Source: a virus. From it: a stretch of DNA of 64,000 nucleotides. Numbering within the stretch: position 1 is the stretch's first letter; every line of letters begins with the position of its first letter. The notes under the pieces were generated by a model that was not told where the DNA came from, searched no databases, and saw only the letters and a program-made list of their open reading frames with translations. Below, one piece after another: positions 27,284 through 36,740 of this stretch. The stretch covers positions 64,001 to 128,000 of the IMG/VR virus record IMGVR_UViG_3300046171_000225. One strand, given 5' to 3'. The position numbers and the translations under genes were made by a program.

Positions 27284-28234
27284 ATGTTTGACGACTGGGC
27301 TTGGAAAAGTTATGTTAATGTGATGACTGAAGCTAAGGAACCTACTCCGTTTAAGAGTAAGGCTCAAAAAAGGTACAAGAAGCTAAGGTATAAAAACGAC
27401 ATTTATACTAGAAATGGTGGTATCAAAAACAAGGCTTCTGGTGCTCCCTACTCTGGTGACTTACAGAGATTTGGCACTAGCAGTTTAAGATTTGAAAGTC
27501 TCACTGAAGAAGTAATAGATGGACTGGACGTTTCCAGTCTCAAGCCTCAGGACACTTTGTCTCCTGTTTTGTGGGACGGTAAAGAAATAGATTCACGCCA
27601 CAAGATGAAGCTCATTAGTATTGCCAATGACTTTGTAGATAGTCTAGGGCTTGATATAGAAATAAAAGATATACTTCTTGTTGGCTCAATGGCAGGGTAT
27701 AATTACTCCGAGCATTCTGACATTGATCTGCATATTGTTCTAGACTTTGGGGAGATAAGCACAGACCCCGAACTCCTTAGAAAGTATTTCTTCCTTGCGA
27801 AGTCAAAGTGGAATAGGAACTACAGGGTTACAATAGGTGGTCATGATGTTGAGGTTTACGCAGAGGACATAGGAGATGACCCTGTTCCATCTCCGACCTA
27901 CTCTCTTATGAGAGATGGGTGGATTTTAGAGCCTAGCAAAGAAGACGTTTCGATTGATTACGAAGGTGTTGTCAAAAAGGTAAAAGAAAAAGTTAAGCAG
28001 ATTGATGAGCTGCAGAACTTGCAGGACAGTGGAAATTATGAAGAAGCATACAATTTATCTTTAGCTATGAAAACAAAACTTCGCAACTTTAGAAAAAGTG
28101 GATTAGATGAAAGCGGAGAATTTTCCATTGAAAATTTAGCTTATAAAATTCTTAGAAGGTCTGGTGAGATAGAAAGAGTGGCAGACATTCTCAAGAAATC
28201 TTATACTAGTATGAGAGAGGATGATGGAATTTAA
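27284..28234 (+). CDS. Pol-beta-superfamily nucleotidyltransferase
   Basis: GSMAGYNYSEHSDIDLH, third acidic residue in VEVY, GEFSIENLAYKILRR. Confidence 0.8.
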   Translation: MFDDWAWKSYVNVMTEAKEPTPFKSKAQKRYKKLRYKNDIYTRNGGIKNKASGAPYSGDLQRFGTSSLRFESLTEEVIDGLDVSSLKPQDTLSPVLWDGKEIDSRHKMKLISIANDFVDSLGLDIEIKDILLVGSMAGYNYSEHSDIDLHIVLDFGEISTDPELLRKYFFLAKSKWNRNYRVTIGGHDVEVYAEDIGDDPVPSPTYSLMRDGWILEPSKEDVSIDYEGVVKKVKEKVKQIDELQNLQDSGNYEEAYNLSLAMKTKLRNFRKSGLDESGEFSIENLAYKILRRSGEIERVADILKKSYTSMREDDGI

Positions 28235-28451
28235 CGAACAAGATATAATTAAGATCTTAAACATTCATGCAAGAGCACTTAAAAAATTAGATTTGATGGC
28301 TATGGAACTTATAGAAGAAATTTATAATGAAAAGGTTTTAGTATCAAATATTTATAAACACCTAAAAGAAGAAGTAGCACAAGAGCAAACACCTCAATCG
28401 TCAGACAATAAAGAGCCTGACAATGTTATCAGGTTCCCATTTGAAGAATAA
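28221..28451 (+). CDS. Hypothetical protein
   Basis: Coupled ORF; ends NVIRFPF. Confidence 0.55.
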   Translation: MMEFNEQDIIKILNIHARALKKLDLMAMELIEEIYNEKVLVSNIYKHLKEEVAQEQTPQSSDNKEPDNVIRFPFEE

Positions 28452-28490
28452 CATAACCTGACTCTCTAATTATTATAGGGGGAACACAAT

Positions 28491-28886
28491 GTGGAAGATC
28501 TTGAATTTTTAGAATCCTATCTAATGATTGAATATGATGTTGACGTTGTGTTTGGCAAAGATGAAGTAGACGCTTACTACTACGATGCAGACTGTATCGG
28601 GGTCAATACGAACCATGATAAGGAAATACAACTTTTTTGCTTGCTACATGAAGCAGGACACCTTATAATAAGAAAGCGTGAAAACTTTGAACAACTTTAT
28701 CCCCACACTAGCAAAAAAGGGACAACCCAGCTAAGCAAAATTGATATTATTAGAGAAGAAATCAATGCTTGGAACGAGGGAAGATCTCTTGCTTTGATGT
28801 TAGGAATAAAAATTAATGAGAAAAGATGGGAGAGCTACTGGAGACATCAAGTCTACAAGTATGTTAAATGGGCCGCAGATAAGTAA
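28491..28886 (+). CDS. HExxH metallopeptidase-like protein (ImmA/IrrE-like)
   Basis: LLHEAGH..EEINAW. Confidence 0.7.
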   Translation: MEDLEFLESYLMIEYDVDVVFGKDEVDAYYYDADCIGVNTNHDKEIQLFCLLHEAGHLIIRKRENFEQLYPHTSKKGTTQLSKIDIIREEINAWNEGRSLALMLGIKINEKRWESYWRHQVYKYVKWAADK

Positions 28887-29064
28887 AGGTGACCTTGTTA
28901 TCGTCTCCAACAATAAATCACACACGAGTCTTGCGATTGTTCTTGACACTGATGAAGAATGGTCCTATGTGATTTATGTAGCAGGGAAAGGCGCAGAAAT
29001 CAAGCATGATCCATTTTGGATTGCTAATTTAGTATTAACTCCATATGGAGAGGAAGATGAGTGA
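28861..29064 (+). CDS. Small SH3-like protein
   Basis: ISKGDLVIV pattern. Confidence 0.5.
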   Translation: MLNGPQISKGDLVIVSNNKSHTSLAIVLDTDEEWSYVIYVAGKGAEIKHDPFWIANLVLTPYGEEDE

Positions 29065-29641
29065 CGTTCAAGCTAAAATAGAACTAGCTCTGAGCAAAGA
29101 GCTTGACCGGCACCAAAGAGGCTACGTCCTTTCTTTTCAATCATTTTATGATCGAACAGGATTTTTGTCTGGTGCGCAGGAGCGGATGCTTGACAGGTTC
29201 CTTGCAGAGCACAGTGACGAAGCGAAAGCTAAGAGAGCAGCTTGGGCTAAAGAGTTTGAGTCTAAGCGGGAGGAATTCAAGATTATTTTTGAATACTACA
29301 AGGCTCAGAGAAATTACTTTGGCTCTGTCATCATGGGATTTCAGGAGGACGAAAACTATGTGCCGCCTGAAAAAACATACAACAAGATGTGTTTTAACAA
29401 GTACGCCGATAAAGTCCGGCAGGCACACTACAGTGAGCCGAAGTATAAGAACGGCATTCTTGTCTTTCCGAGAAGTACTTGTCCTAGCCGACACGCCTTT
29501 GAAAGAGGTGCTATCGTTCTAGAAGCAGGAGCAGCACCCGTTGTATCCGCTTGCAAAGGGGCGAAAAGATATTTGTTGTTGCCTGTTGGCGCACCGCACG
29601 GTATCTTGGTCGAAGAAAGACACCTGAAAACCAGAAAGTGA
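29057..29641 (+). CDS. Hypothetical phage protein
   Basis: LSGAQ motif; C-terminal SH3-like VSACKGAKRY..EERHLK. Confidence 0.7.
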   Translation: MSDVQAKIELALSKELDRHQRGYVLSFQSFYDRTGFLSGAQERMLDRFLAEHSDEAKAKRAAWAKEFESKREEFKIIFEYYKAQRNYFGSVIMGFQEDENYVPPEKTYNKMCFNKYADKVRQAHYSEPKYKNGILVFPRSTCPSRHAFERGAIVLEAGAAPVVSACKGAKRYLLLPVGAPHGILVEERHLKTRK

Positions 29642-29667
29642 TTCCTGAATAGATAGAGGGTAGACAA

Positions 29668-30369
29668 ATGCAAAACCGATGTAGCTTCTGCGGTGTCAGG
29701 GGACATACTAGAATCACTTGTCCCACTAGGATTCAGGCTGTAGCTAAGGCTAGGTCACTACATAGCCATACTCCAGAAGCTTTGTCTATAAGACAGAAAA
29801 GTCTTATTGTAGAAGACAATCAGATCTTACAGAAGAAAAAGAATCCAACGCCAAGAAAATGTTCTTACTGCAGGGGAAGATACGGGCGTTTTGAGTATGG
29901 ACATAATAGAAGAAACTGCCCTCAACTCAAAGAAGATAAAGAAAAGGTTATTCCTAAAAACAAAGTGTGGCGCGAACTAGCCCTAGAGTCAATGGCAAAG
30001 CATGGCTTTGGTGTTGGTACTATTTTTGAGTATGCTGCTTTTAACGAAAAGCACAGATATATTGTAACAGATGTTCTTTGGGACAGGATTGGGATTTATC
30101 TTCCATACTCAGAGTGGGCTGCCCCGAAAGAATGTTTTACAGTGCAAAGGTTTGATGGGGTAAAGCATACATTGAACTTCATCAGAACTCCTCATTATGA
30201 TCATTATACATGCTTCCACATAAAGAAACTTAATATTTTAGTTCCCATGTCTGAAAGGTCCATCAGGTCAAACGCATCAGATGACTGGTTAGAGGGAAAA
30301 GAAGGCTTGGAACTACTATTTAGTAAAAAGTCAGATAAATTAATTGACCACGCAAGTATGTTAAGTTAA
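29668..30369 (+). CDS. Double zinc-knuckle protein
   Basis: CSFCGVRGHTRITC and CSYC..GHNRRNC. Confidence 0.75.
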   Translation: MQNRCSFCGVRGHTRITCPTRIQAVAKARSLHSHTPEALSIRQKSLIVEDNQILQKKKNPTPRKCSYCRGRYGRFEYGHNRRNCPQLKEDKEKVIPKNKVWRELALESMAKHGFGVGTIFEYAAFNEKHRYIVTDVLWDRIGIYLPYSEWAAPKECFTVQRFDGVKHTLNFIRTPHYDHYTCFHIKKLNILVPMSERSIRSNASDDWLEGKEGLELLFSKKSDKLIDHASMLS

Positions 30370-30427
30370 GGTTCCGATGGCTTCGTAGGGAAGCGGACTA
30401 CTCAATCTCAGTTTGCAGAGGTGCAAC

Positions 30428-31555
30428 ATGGATTTCAAGACTCTCAATCTCATTCTTTCCGACCTACTGAAGCAGGGGGACAGTTCTTCTAACTTCCCTA
30501 TCATGATCAGAGGTCGTCATGGCATTGGCAAATCGGAAGTGGTGTACCAGCTTGCCGCCATTCTAGGCATGAAAGTTGTGGAACGTCGCGCCTCGCAGAT
30601 GCAGGAAGGCGATCTTATTGGTATGCCAAGACAAGAGCCAGTTATCACTGATCAAGGAACAGAAGTTGCTACCTTCAATAGTTTTGATTGGTTAGTGGAG
30701 TGCTGCGAGAACCCTCGTGTGCTTTTCTTTGACGAGGTTGACCGTGGAGATCAACAAGTAAGGCAAGGCATCATGGAACTCACCGATAGCCGCAAGTTGT
30801 TTGGCAAGGTGCTTCACCCTGAGACCATCATTATCGCCGCTGTCAACGGCGGCAAGCATGGCTCCGAGTATCAAGTTGGGGAGCTAGACCCTGCGGAGGC
30901 TGACCGTTGGGCTATCTACGATGTTGAGCCAACCGTAGAGGATTGGCTTGATTGGGCAAACGGCAAAGTTAACCCACTCATGTGGGACTTCATTAACCAG
31001 AACCGTGATCACCTAGAGCATAAGGATTCGTTCGAGCCGAATGAAGTTTATCCTTCTCGACGCAGTGTCGTTCGCTTGGATAAGGTTTTGGAGCGTGCTT
31101 CTCTGTACGATAGCTACAAAGAAAATGTCGATCACATGACAAACATTGCGATGGGCTTTCTTGGTATGGGGACGGCCCTTGCCTTTGGCCGGTTTGCAGC
31201 TAACTACGAGTATCAGGTAACTGCTGAAAATATTGTTTACGATGGCCTGTGGGAAAAGACTAAAAGCTTTGGTTTGAACGATCATTTGGCAATGACTGTT
31301 AAGATTTCAAACAGCGGCATCTTGGATAAGAAGCTCAGCCCTGAGCACCTTGAGAATGTAGCAAACTACTTCGTCACACTTCCATCTGAGGTTGGGGCTA
31401 AGTTCTGGGTTCTCTTCTGCGGAAAGGCTCAAGACAACTTCCAGAACCCCAACTTGGTAGAATTCAGCAATACAACCGCTCGTAATGGCCTTCGGGTGTC
31501 AGAGCATTATAGCCAGATGTTGACAGGTAATGTACTAAAGGCTAAAGAAGACTAG
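30428..31555 (+). CDS. MoxR-like AAA+ ATPase
   Basis: GRHGIGKS, LFFDEVDR, AAVN, LDPAEADRW, PSRRS. Confidence 0.88.
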   Translation: MDFKTLNLILSDLLKQGDSSSNFPIMIRGRHGIGKSEVVYQLAAILGMKVVERRASQMQEGDLIGMPRQEPVITDQGTEVATFNSFDWLVECCENPRVLFFDEVDRGDQQVRQGIMELTDSRKLFGKVLHPETIIIAAVNGGKHGSEYQVGELDPAEADRWAIYDVEPTVEDWLDWANGKVNPLMWDFINQNRDHLEHKDSFEPNEVYPSRRSVVRLDKVLERASLYDSYKENVDHMTNIAMGFLGMGTALAFGRFAANYEYQVTAENIVYDGLWEKTKSFGLNDHLAMTVKISNSGILDKKLSPEHLENVANYFVTLPSEVGAKFWVLFCGKAQDNFQNPNLVEFSNTTARNGLRVSEHYSQMLTGNVLKAKED

Positions 31556-31566
31556 GGAGGTGCGTT

Positions 31567-32763
31567 GTGTCATTTGACCTCGGTTTCCATATTCATAGGC
31601 TTCTGAGAGCAGAGCCTTTCTTCGCTTCTTTTTCGAGAAGAGTAGAAAAGGTGTCTGACAAGACAATTCCAACAGCCGCCATGTCTTACGACAAGGACAT
31701 CAAAAGATTTTGCTTTCTCTACAATCCGGATTTCTTTGAGAGTCTGTCGGATATTCATAAAGTTGGAGTGATTAAGCATGAGTTTTATCACTTGATCTTT
31801 AAGCATCTAACAGACCGGATTCCTTTTGATCCGGTCAAACAAGCAGAATTGCTTAAGATGTGGAATATCGCCGCAGACTTAGCGATTAACACCCACATTC
31901 AGAAAGAACTACCCAAGATGGCCTGCGTCCCAGGTCGTAAGCCGTTCAAGGATTATATTCCGGGATGTACTGCTGAGGCTTATTTTGAGGTCCTGAAGAA
32001 GGACAAACAGAACCAGCAGGGTCCTTATGCGCCCAACAACAAAGGTGTCCCACAAGAGCCTCAGACGCTAGACGATCACTCTGCGTGGGGCGCAGGGGAC
32101 CAAGATTCAGGAGGCTTGGACTCAAAGTTTGCCGAAGAGGAGCTTGCAGACATCACCAAAGACGCTGTTAAGACAGCGGAAGAGCGTAGCTCAGGGTGGG
32201 GGTCTGTGCCGCGCAGCGTACAGCAGACTATTAAGAAGTCGATCTCCAAGACCATCTCACCAGAGGCTGTTCTACGATATTTCATCAAGACCTCTTCCAA
32301 GTCTAATAAGAAGACAACGATCAAGAGAATCAACAAGAGATACCCGTTCATCCATCCCGGTAAGCGGTCAGATAGAGTTGCTAACATTGCGATCAGCATT
32401 GATCAGAGTGGTTCGGTCTCTGATAAGATGCTTCAAGTATTCTTCTCTTTTCTAAACAAGTTTGCCTCTATCGCAACATTCACTGTCGTTCCTTTTGATG
32501 ACACGGTTTGCGAGGAGAAAGTCTATGTTTGGAGAAAGGGAGAGAAAAAAGAATGGACTCGTGTTAGGTATGGGGGTACAAACTTTAATGCTCCAACTAA
32601 CTGGGTTAATAAAAGAAACTTCGACGGACATATAGTTATTACAGATATGCAAGCGCCAAAGCCTGTGGCCTCTAAATGTCAAAGACTTTGGATCACAGAT
32701 ACTTATAATAAGAAGTACTCGTACTTCAATACAAGCGAAAAGATTCTAGCAATTGATATTTAA
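31567..32763 (+). CDS. Metallopeptidase-like + VWA domain protein (DUF2201-type), MoxR partner
   Basis: HEFYH, WNIAADLAIN, DQSGS MIDAS, GGTNF, ITD. Confidence 0.85.
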   Translation: MSFDLGFHIHRLLRAEPFFASFSRRVEKVSDKTIPTAAMSYDKDIKRFCFLYNPDFFESLSDIHKVGVIKHEFYHLIFKHLTDRIPFDPVKQAELLKMWNIAADLAINTHIQKELPKMACVPGRKPFKDYIPGCTAEAYFEVLKKDKQNQQGPYAPNNKGVPQEPQTLDDHSAWGAGDQDSGGLDSKFAEEELADITKDAVKTAEERSSGWGSVPRSVQQTIKKSISKTISPEAVLRYFIKTSSKSNKKTTIKRINKRYPFIHPGKRSDRVANIAISIDQSGSVSDKMLQVFFSFLNKFASIATFTVVPFDDTVCEEKVYVWRKGEKKEWTRVRYGGTNFNAPTNWVNKRNFDGHIVITDMQAPKPVASKCQRLWITDTYNKKYSYFNTSEKILAIDI

Positions 32764-32765
32764 TT

Positions 32766-32903
32766 TGTGAACTAAGGAATATATGGTATAATGTGTTCAA
32801 TGTCAGTCACGAACACACTGCTGTTAAAAGCAGAAGCATCTATTGCAGTTGAAGGTTGACTAACGAGGGAGACGCGGTAAAGACAGCGACCCCTTAGTTC
32901 ACA
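32766..32903 (+). ncRNA. Putative structured intergenic RNA with pseudoknot (unknown class)
   Basis: 12-bp closing stem TGTGAACTAAGG/CCTTAGTTCACA; internal hairpins; loop GTCAGTC can pair with GGTTGAC. Confidence 0.5.
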
Positions 32904-32915
32904 TCAGAGGTTAAC

Positions 32916-33125
32916 ATGACAACGGAATTGCAACTATGGTCAGCCAAGACAAGCATCACGGTTGCGAGAGCATCGATGCAGAACTTGATTAACGCGCATG
33001 ACACTGATTCGGTTACCAAAGAGTCTTTGGAGATTGAAATCCGTGCCCTGTCCAACGTACTTCACAGGATCGAACAACTGGAAGGTTGGCTAAAAGTAGT
33101 TGACAGCCAGAGGCAAAACGACTAG
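32916..33125 (+). CDS. Small helical hypothetical protein
   Basis: GAGG RBS. Confidence 0.6.
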   Translation: MTTELQLWSAKTSITVARASMQNLINAHDTDSVTKESLEIEIRALSNVLHRIEQLEGWLKVVDSQRQND

Positions 33126-33136
33126 ATAGTATATAT

Positions 33137-33220
33137 GCCAGAGTGGTGTAATCGGTAGCCACGACAGATTTAAAATCTGTTGCCCAGTGGGGCGTGCGGG
33201 TTCGAGTCCCGCCTCTGGTA
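33137..33220 (+). tRNA. tRNA-Leu (TAA)
   Basis: Cloverleaf, ACAGA-tttaaaa-TCTGT, long variable arm, GGTTCGAG; no encoded CCA. Confidence 0.92.
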
Positions 33221-33236
33221 CTCTTTTGGAGAAGCA

Positions 33237-33419
33237 GTGTTTAGAATCTATGCCTACAACGCCAAGACTGGCCATTATGATAACCTTGACGCTTACCGTA
33301 GTAAGTCAAGAGAAGAGGCCATTGATAGGTGGAGAAAGGACAACCCTAACAAGTCTAAGGTACTAGCTAACACTCCTTACATTAAAATTGTTGCACTTCT
33401 CGATGGAGGGGGTATATAG
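33237..33419 (+). CDS. Small hypothetical protein between tRNAs
   Basis: GGAG RBS, GTG start. Confidence 0.5.
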   Translation: MFRIYAYNAKTGHYDNLDAYRSKSREEAIDRWRKDNPNKSKVLANTPYIKIVALLDGGGI

Positions 33420-33428
33420 GTTTTGCAA

Positions 33429-33504
<76 letters not shown>

Positions 33505-33510
33505 CTTTAA

Positions 33511-33585
33511 AGGCAAGTAGCTCAGTGGGAGAGCACTTGGTTTACACCCAAGCGGTCGTCGGTTCGAAACCGACCTTGCCTACCA
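33511..33585 (+). tRNA. tRNA-Val (TAC)
   Basis: AGGCAAG/CTTGCCT acceptor, CTTGG-tttacac-CCAAG, 3' CCA. Confidence 0.92.
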
Positions 33586-33588
33586 TCT

Positions 33589-33760
33589 GGGGCCTTTGCT
33601 CGACGGGGCAGAGGAGTCGAAGAGAGCGCACACGGATCAAACAAAGAGCCGAGACCGGAAGTGATAGTCTCCGTCTGGTTAAGGGTTAATCTGAGAAGCC
33701 AATGAGAGAGACTCACTCTTGTCTTCGTCCGATACATAGCGGTGTGCGCCTCTTCTCCCC
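33589..33760 (+). ncRNA. Putative ~170-nt multibranch ncRNA directly after tRNA-Val (unknown class)
   Basis: GGGG/CCCC ends; CCTTTGCTC-gacg-GGGCAGAGG hairpin; GAAGAG-a-GCGCACAC / GTGTGCGC-CTCTTC stem; GAGAC/GTCTC hairpin. Confidence 0.6.
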
Positions 33761-33797
33761 ATTTACTTTATACTGAAATTACTTTTAGGTAGCCAAC

Positions 33798-35111
33798 ATG
33801 CGTGAAGAAAGTTCTGTTGAGGAAAAAGACTATGAAAGTCATAAGGCTGCTATCTATAAAGTTTTTCCACTTTATTCAAAATATTCCTTATCGTACAAGT
33901 CCAGGATTATGGACTGGTCTGAGCAATACTGGTGGCGGGAAGAGAATAGGGAAAAGATTGAAAAAGAAGTGGAGCGACAAGGGCTAGAAGAAGATCCATT
34001 TGGTTTTGCCAATGTTGCCGACAAGATGATGCATGATATTATGTATCCGGAAAAAGACTTTTATATTGTTTACCTTCCGGAACAGTGTGTACACTATACC
34101 CGTTTTCCTGAAAATATATTAGAGGCGATGGTTAATGACCCTGATGTTACTAGCGTCGCTTATGCCGCTTTTGATCTAGGCGAGGTAAAAGAATGGATGG
34201 AGAAAGGAAAGCCTAGAGATTGGTACGAAAACGGAAGGTCACGCACTTTATCATATAGTTTTTCTTGGGAAATTCTAGAAGAATTTGATTGTGATCTAAA
34301 TCCTGACGAGCCACAGAGAAAGATGGATTTTTATCTTTCCGAAGAGGTCAAAAACGGCACAGAACAGAATGTTTTGAATAATATACCAAACATGCCCTCT
34401 GCTGAAGAAAGACAAGCCATTAAAGAGATGAAGTATGTTATCGAGCAGCTATGTCAGGAAGATTATATAAATTTAGTAGAGACTTACCGTCTAGTTATGG
34501 AAAGACATCTTGGTATTTGGGCAAGAGACTTAAAATGCTTTCCCAGCCCAGTAGATTTTATGATCGCCAAGTTTGCTGAAGATTTTCCGGGCTTTGATGC
34601 ACAGAGTTTCTACCTTCTTTCTTCTGCTTGTAAAGATTTTGTTATTCAAAGTGCTCAAAAACTCTATGAAGAATGTCTTAAGGAACAAGAAGAAAGAATT
34701 GCAGAACAACAGAAAAATAGAGTTACTTCCTATGGAGAGAGGTGCCTTAGGGCAGCTCTAGAGGCCAAACTTAAGACCAGCTTCCCGAACGTAAGACACC
34801 CAGACATTATCAATCCCGATACTGGATACCGGCTGGAGCTTGACTGTTATTCAGAGGCACTGCAAATAGCTTTCGAGTACCAAGGAGTTCAGCATTATGA
34901 AGTGTGTGAATTCTTCGGGGGCGAGAGAGCGCTACAGAAAACCCGTGGGAAAGATGAGTATAAAAAGAAAAGATGCAAAGAGTTAGGTATCAAACTTTTT
35001 GAAATTGATGACAGAAAGCTTAATTCAGACAAAGATAAAAAGAAAGCGCAGATTGAAGCTTTAGTCGAAGAACTTATCGAGACTCATGCTCTATTAAATT
35101 TAGTTACTTGA
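33798..35111 (+). CDS. Protein with C-terminal PD-(D/E)XK/Vsr-like endonuclease domain
   Basis: SYGE..LELDCY..IAFEYQGVQHY..DEYKKKRC..GIKLFEI. Confidence 0.8.
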   Translation: MREESSVEEKDYESHKAAIYKVFPLYSKYSLSYKSRIMDWSEQYWWREENREKIEKEVERQGLEEDPFGFANVADKMMHDIMYPEKDFYIVYLPEQCVHYTRFPENILEAMVNDPDVTSVAYAAFDLGEVKEWMEKGKPRDWYENGRSRTLSYSFSWEILEEFDCDLNPDEPQRKMDFYLSEEVKNGTEQNVLNNIPNMPSAEERQAIKEMKYVIEQLCQEDYINLVETYRLVMERHLGIWARDLKCFPSPVDFMIAKFAEDFPGFDAQSFYLLSSACKDFVIQSAQKLYEECLKEQEERIAEQQKNRVTSYGERCLRAALEAKLKTSFPNVRHPDIINPDTGYRLELDCYSEALQIAFEYQGVQHYEVCEFFGGERALQKTRGKDEYKKKRCKELGIKLFEIDDRKLNSDKDKKKAQIEALVEELIETHALLNLVT

Positions 35112-35212
35112 CATTTATTGAGAGGCGACTATGATGACAGGGTTCATAATTGGTATTTTTACCGGGTACTTGTTTGCTTACATTCAAGTAGCACTAGACA
35201 ACGAGAAGGACA

Positions 35213-35413
35213 ATGATTAGTATCTATGCACCGATGGTGACTTCAACACTGGCAGTGGTATGTGCTGTGTTCCTTATTGCAACCGGCGACTTCGCAGGGG
35301 CAGGAGCTTGGCTTATCTTTTCCACGATCATGATGTTGGTCGCTAGGTTTGAGGCTTTCTTGCAGCAAGCTGTTAAGATCCGCGCAGAGGTCCAGGGGCA
35401 AGAAGAAGGATAA
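35213..35413 (+). CDS. Small two-TM membrane protein
   Basis: Hydrophobic segments; AGGA RBS. Confidence 0.6.
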   Translation: MISIYAPMVTSTLAVVCAVFLIATGDFAGAGAWLIFSTIMMLVARFEAFLQQAVKIRAEVQGQEEG

Positions 35414-35417
35414 GCTA

Positions 35418-35453
35418 ACTATTTATTAGTGTCTCAGAGGAGCACTAATAAAT
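35418..35453 (+). promoter_or_regulatory. ACTATTTA motif in a hairpin occluding RBS and AUG
   Basis: ATTTATTAGTG (35421-31) / CACTAATAAAT (35443-53) enclosing GAGGAG. Confidence 0.7.
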
Positions 35454-35676
35454 GATTAGATGGATTCCAATATTTCTTGTTTCGTGTAGTTCCCTCGCGG
35501 GTTACGTTGACGTCAAGCCTGAGATAGAAAATTTTGATGAGCCACTTGACACTTTGAAAGAAGAAGTTATAGACTCTGATAGTATCTGGGACACAGGTTT
35601 TGATGGTGATACGAGTAAAGTAAAAAAAGAATCAGACACGGGAGTTTTTATTCCTTACCCTGATGACACGTATTGA
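35452..35676 (+). CDS. Small lipoprotein-like protein
   Basis: Short hydrophobic leader with LVSC; acidic DTG-rich tail. Confidence 0.55.
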   Translation: MIRWIPIFLVSCSSLAGYVDVKPEIENFDEPLDTLKEEVIDSDSIWDTGFDGDTSKVKKESDTGVFIPYPDDTY

Positions 35677-35814
35677 GGAAGATATGAACGACGAAGAATC
35701 AAAAAAGAATGTACACTACCTTATGTCAGCTTGGATGTTGGGTACAGTTGCGTTCTTTAGTCTCTTCAGTTATATGTTCCTACACTACTTTTCTAATTGA
35801 TCCGTGGAGGGATT

Positions 35815-36315
35815 ATGAATGTGAAGACAATGGTCGAAAAGCTTACTGCTCTCGGTGTTACTGACGATACAGATATTAGTTTCACCTTTTCTGATTTTGC
35901 CGAAGTGATGCACTACACTGGCGATTACATAGAAAAGACGATTGATGAAACAGATTTTCTTTACACAATCTGTGATGTGATTAAATCTGATGCTTTTGAG
36001 GACAATCACATTATTGAAGAGATGGATGATAACTGCCTTCTCCCAGAATGGGACGAAGACGAGTATGAGGATGAACAAGAATGGCAAGACCACCGTGAAG
36101 ATACCATTCCTGATGTCCTTCAAGAGCAGTGGTTTGAATACGGTTGGGTTGATAGCAGCCTGACCCAGTACGACCATAAGCGAGGTCGTTGCGACGTTTC
36201 TTGTGAGTTCTCTATCCCATTCTCGAAGGTCCGAGAGCGTCAGGATGACTACTGGATGTCATGTGAAGTTTCAGTTGATATCCCAGACAGTGGACATATG
36301 ACTTTCAACATTTGA
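35815..36315 (+). CDS. Acidic hypothetical protein
   Basis: GGAGG RBS; very D/E-rich. Confidence 0.7.
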   Translation: MNVKTMVEKLTALGVTDDTDISFTFSDFAEVMHYTGDYIEKTIDETDFLYTICDVIKSDAFEDNHIIEEMDDNCLLPEWDEDEYEDEQEWQDHREDTIPDVLQEQWFEYGWVDSSLTQYDHKRGRCDVSCEFSIPFSKVRERQDDYWMSCEVSVDIPDSGHMTFNI

Positions 36316-36382
36316 TCTAGGAGAATCTTTCAGGCCCTAAGGGAGCTAAGCTCCACTGCCAACAAATAACCACACGCATTAT

Positions 36383-36459
36383 AGGGCGGTAGCCAAGTGG
36401 TTAAGGCAGCGGTCTTATATACCGAAGATTCGTGGGTTCAAATCCCACCCGCCCTACCA
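36383..36459 (+). tRNA. tRNA-Ile (TAT)
   Basis: AGGGCGG/CCGCCCT acceptor, CGGT-cttatat-ACCG, GGTTCAAATCC, 3' CCA. Confidence 0.85.
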
Positions 36460-36507
36460 CTTTCCGCTTACACACCGGATTATAGTGTGATAACAAAGGA
36501 TAATAAA

Positions 36508-36696
36508 ATGAAGTTTCTAGAAAAGAACAGCAAGATTTCAAATGGTTTTATTGTTGCGACCCTCCTGTCAATCGTGGGTTCAATCATAATTTGGAACACT
36601 GCGGGCTCTGACCCTGCACATATCGAGCGCCTTGCCCTGTTTGTTGGCCTCTGGGCTCCAACATTTATGGGCTTTGCTAACTATTACTCCGAGTGA
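36508..36696 (+). CDS. Small membrane protein
   Basis: ALFVGLWAPTF motif; two TM segments. Confidence 0.7.
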   Translation: MKFLEKNSKISNGFIVATLLSIVGSIIIWNTAGSDPAHIERLALFVGLWAPTFMGFANYYSE

Positions 36697-36740
36697 TATG
36701 TTAGTCTCGCTGGCACACCGGCTATAGTGTGCCAACCTTT

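Noticed and set aside
30428-32763. MoxR AAA + VWA pair as a novel system
   Set aside because: A familiar gene pair in large phages and bacteria; listed as features only.
33589-33760. Canonical tmRNA, RNase P or SRP RNA
   Set aside because: Too short for tmRNA and lacks the 3' T-arm/CCA; lacks the RNase P GAGGAAAGUCC and the full SRP helix-8 consensus. Kept as an unknown ncRNA.
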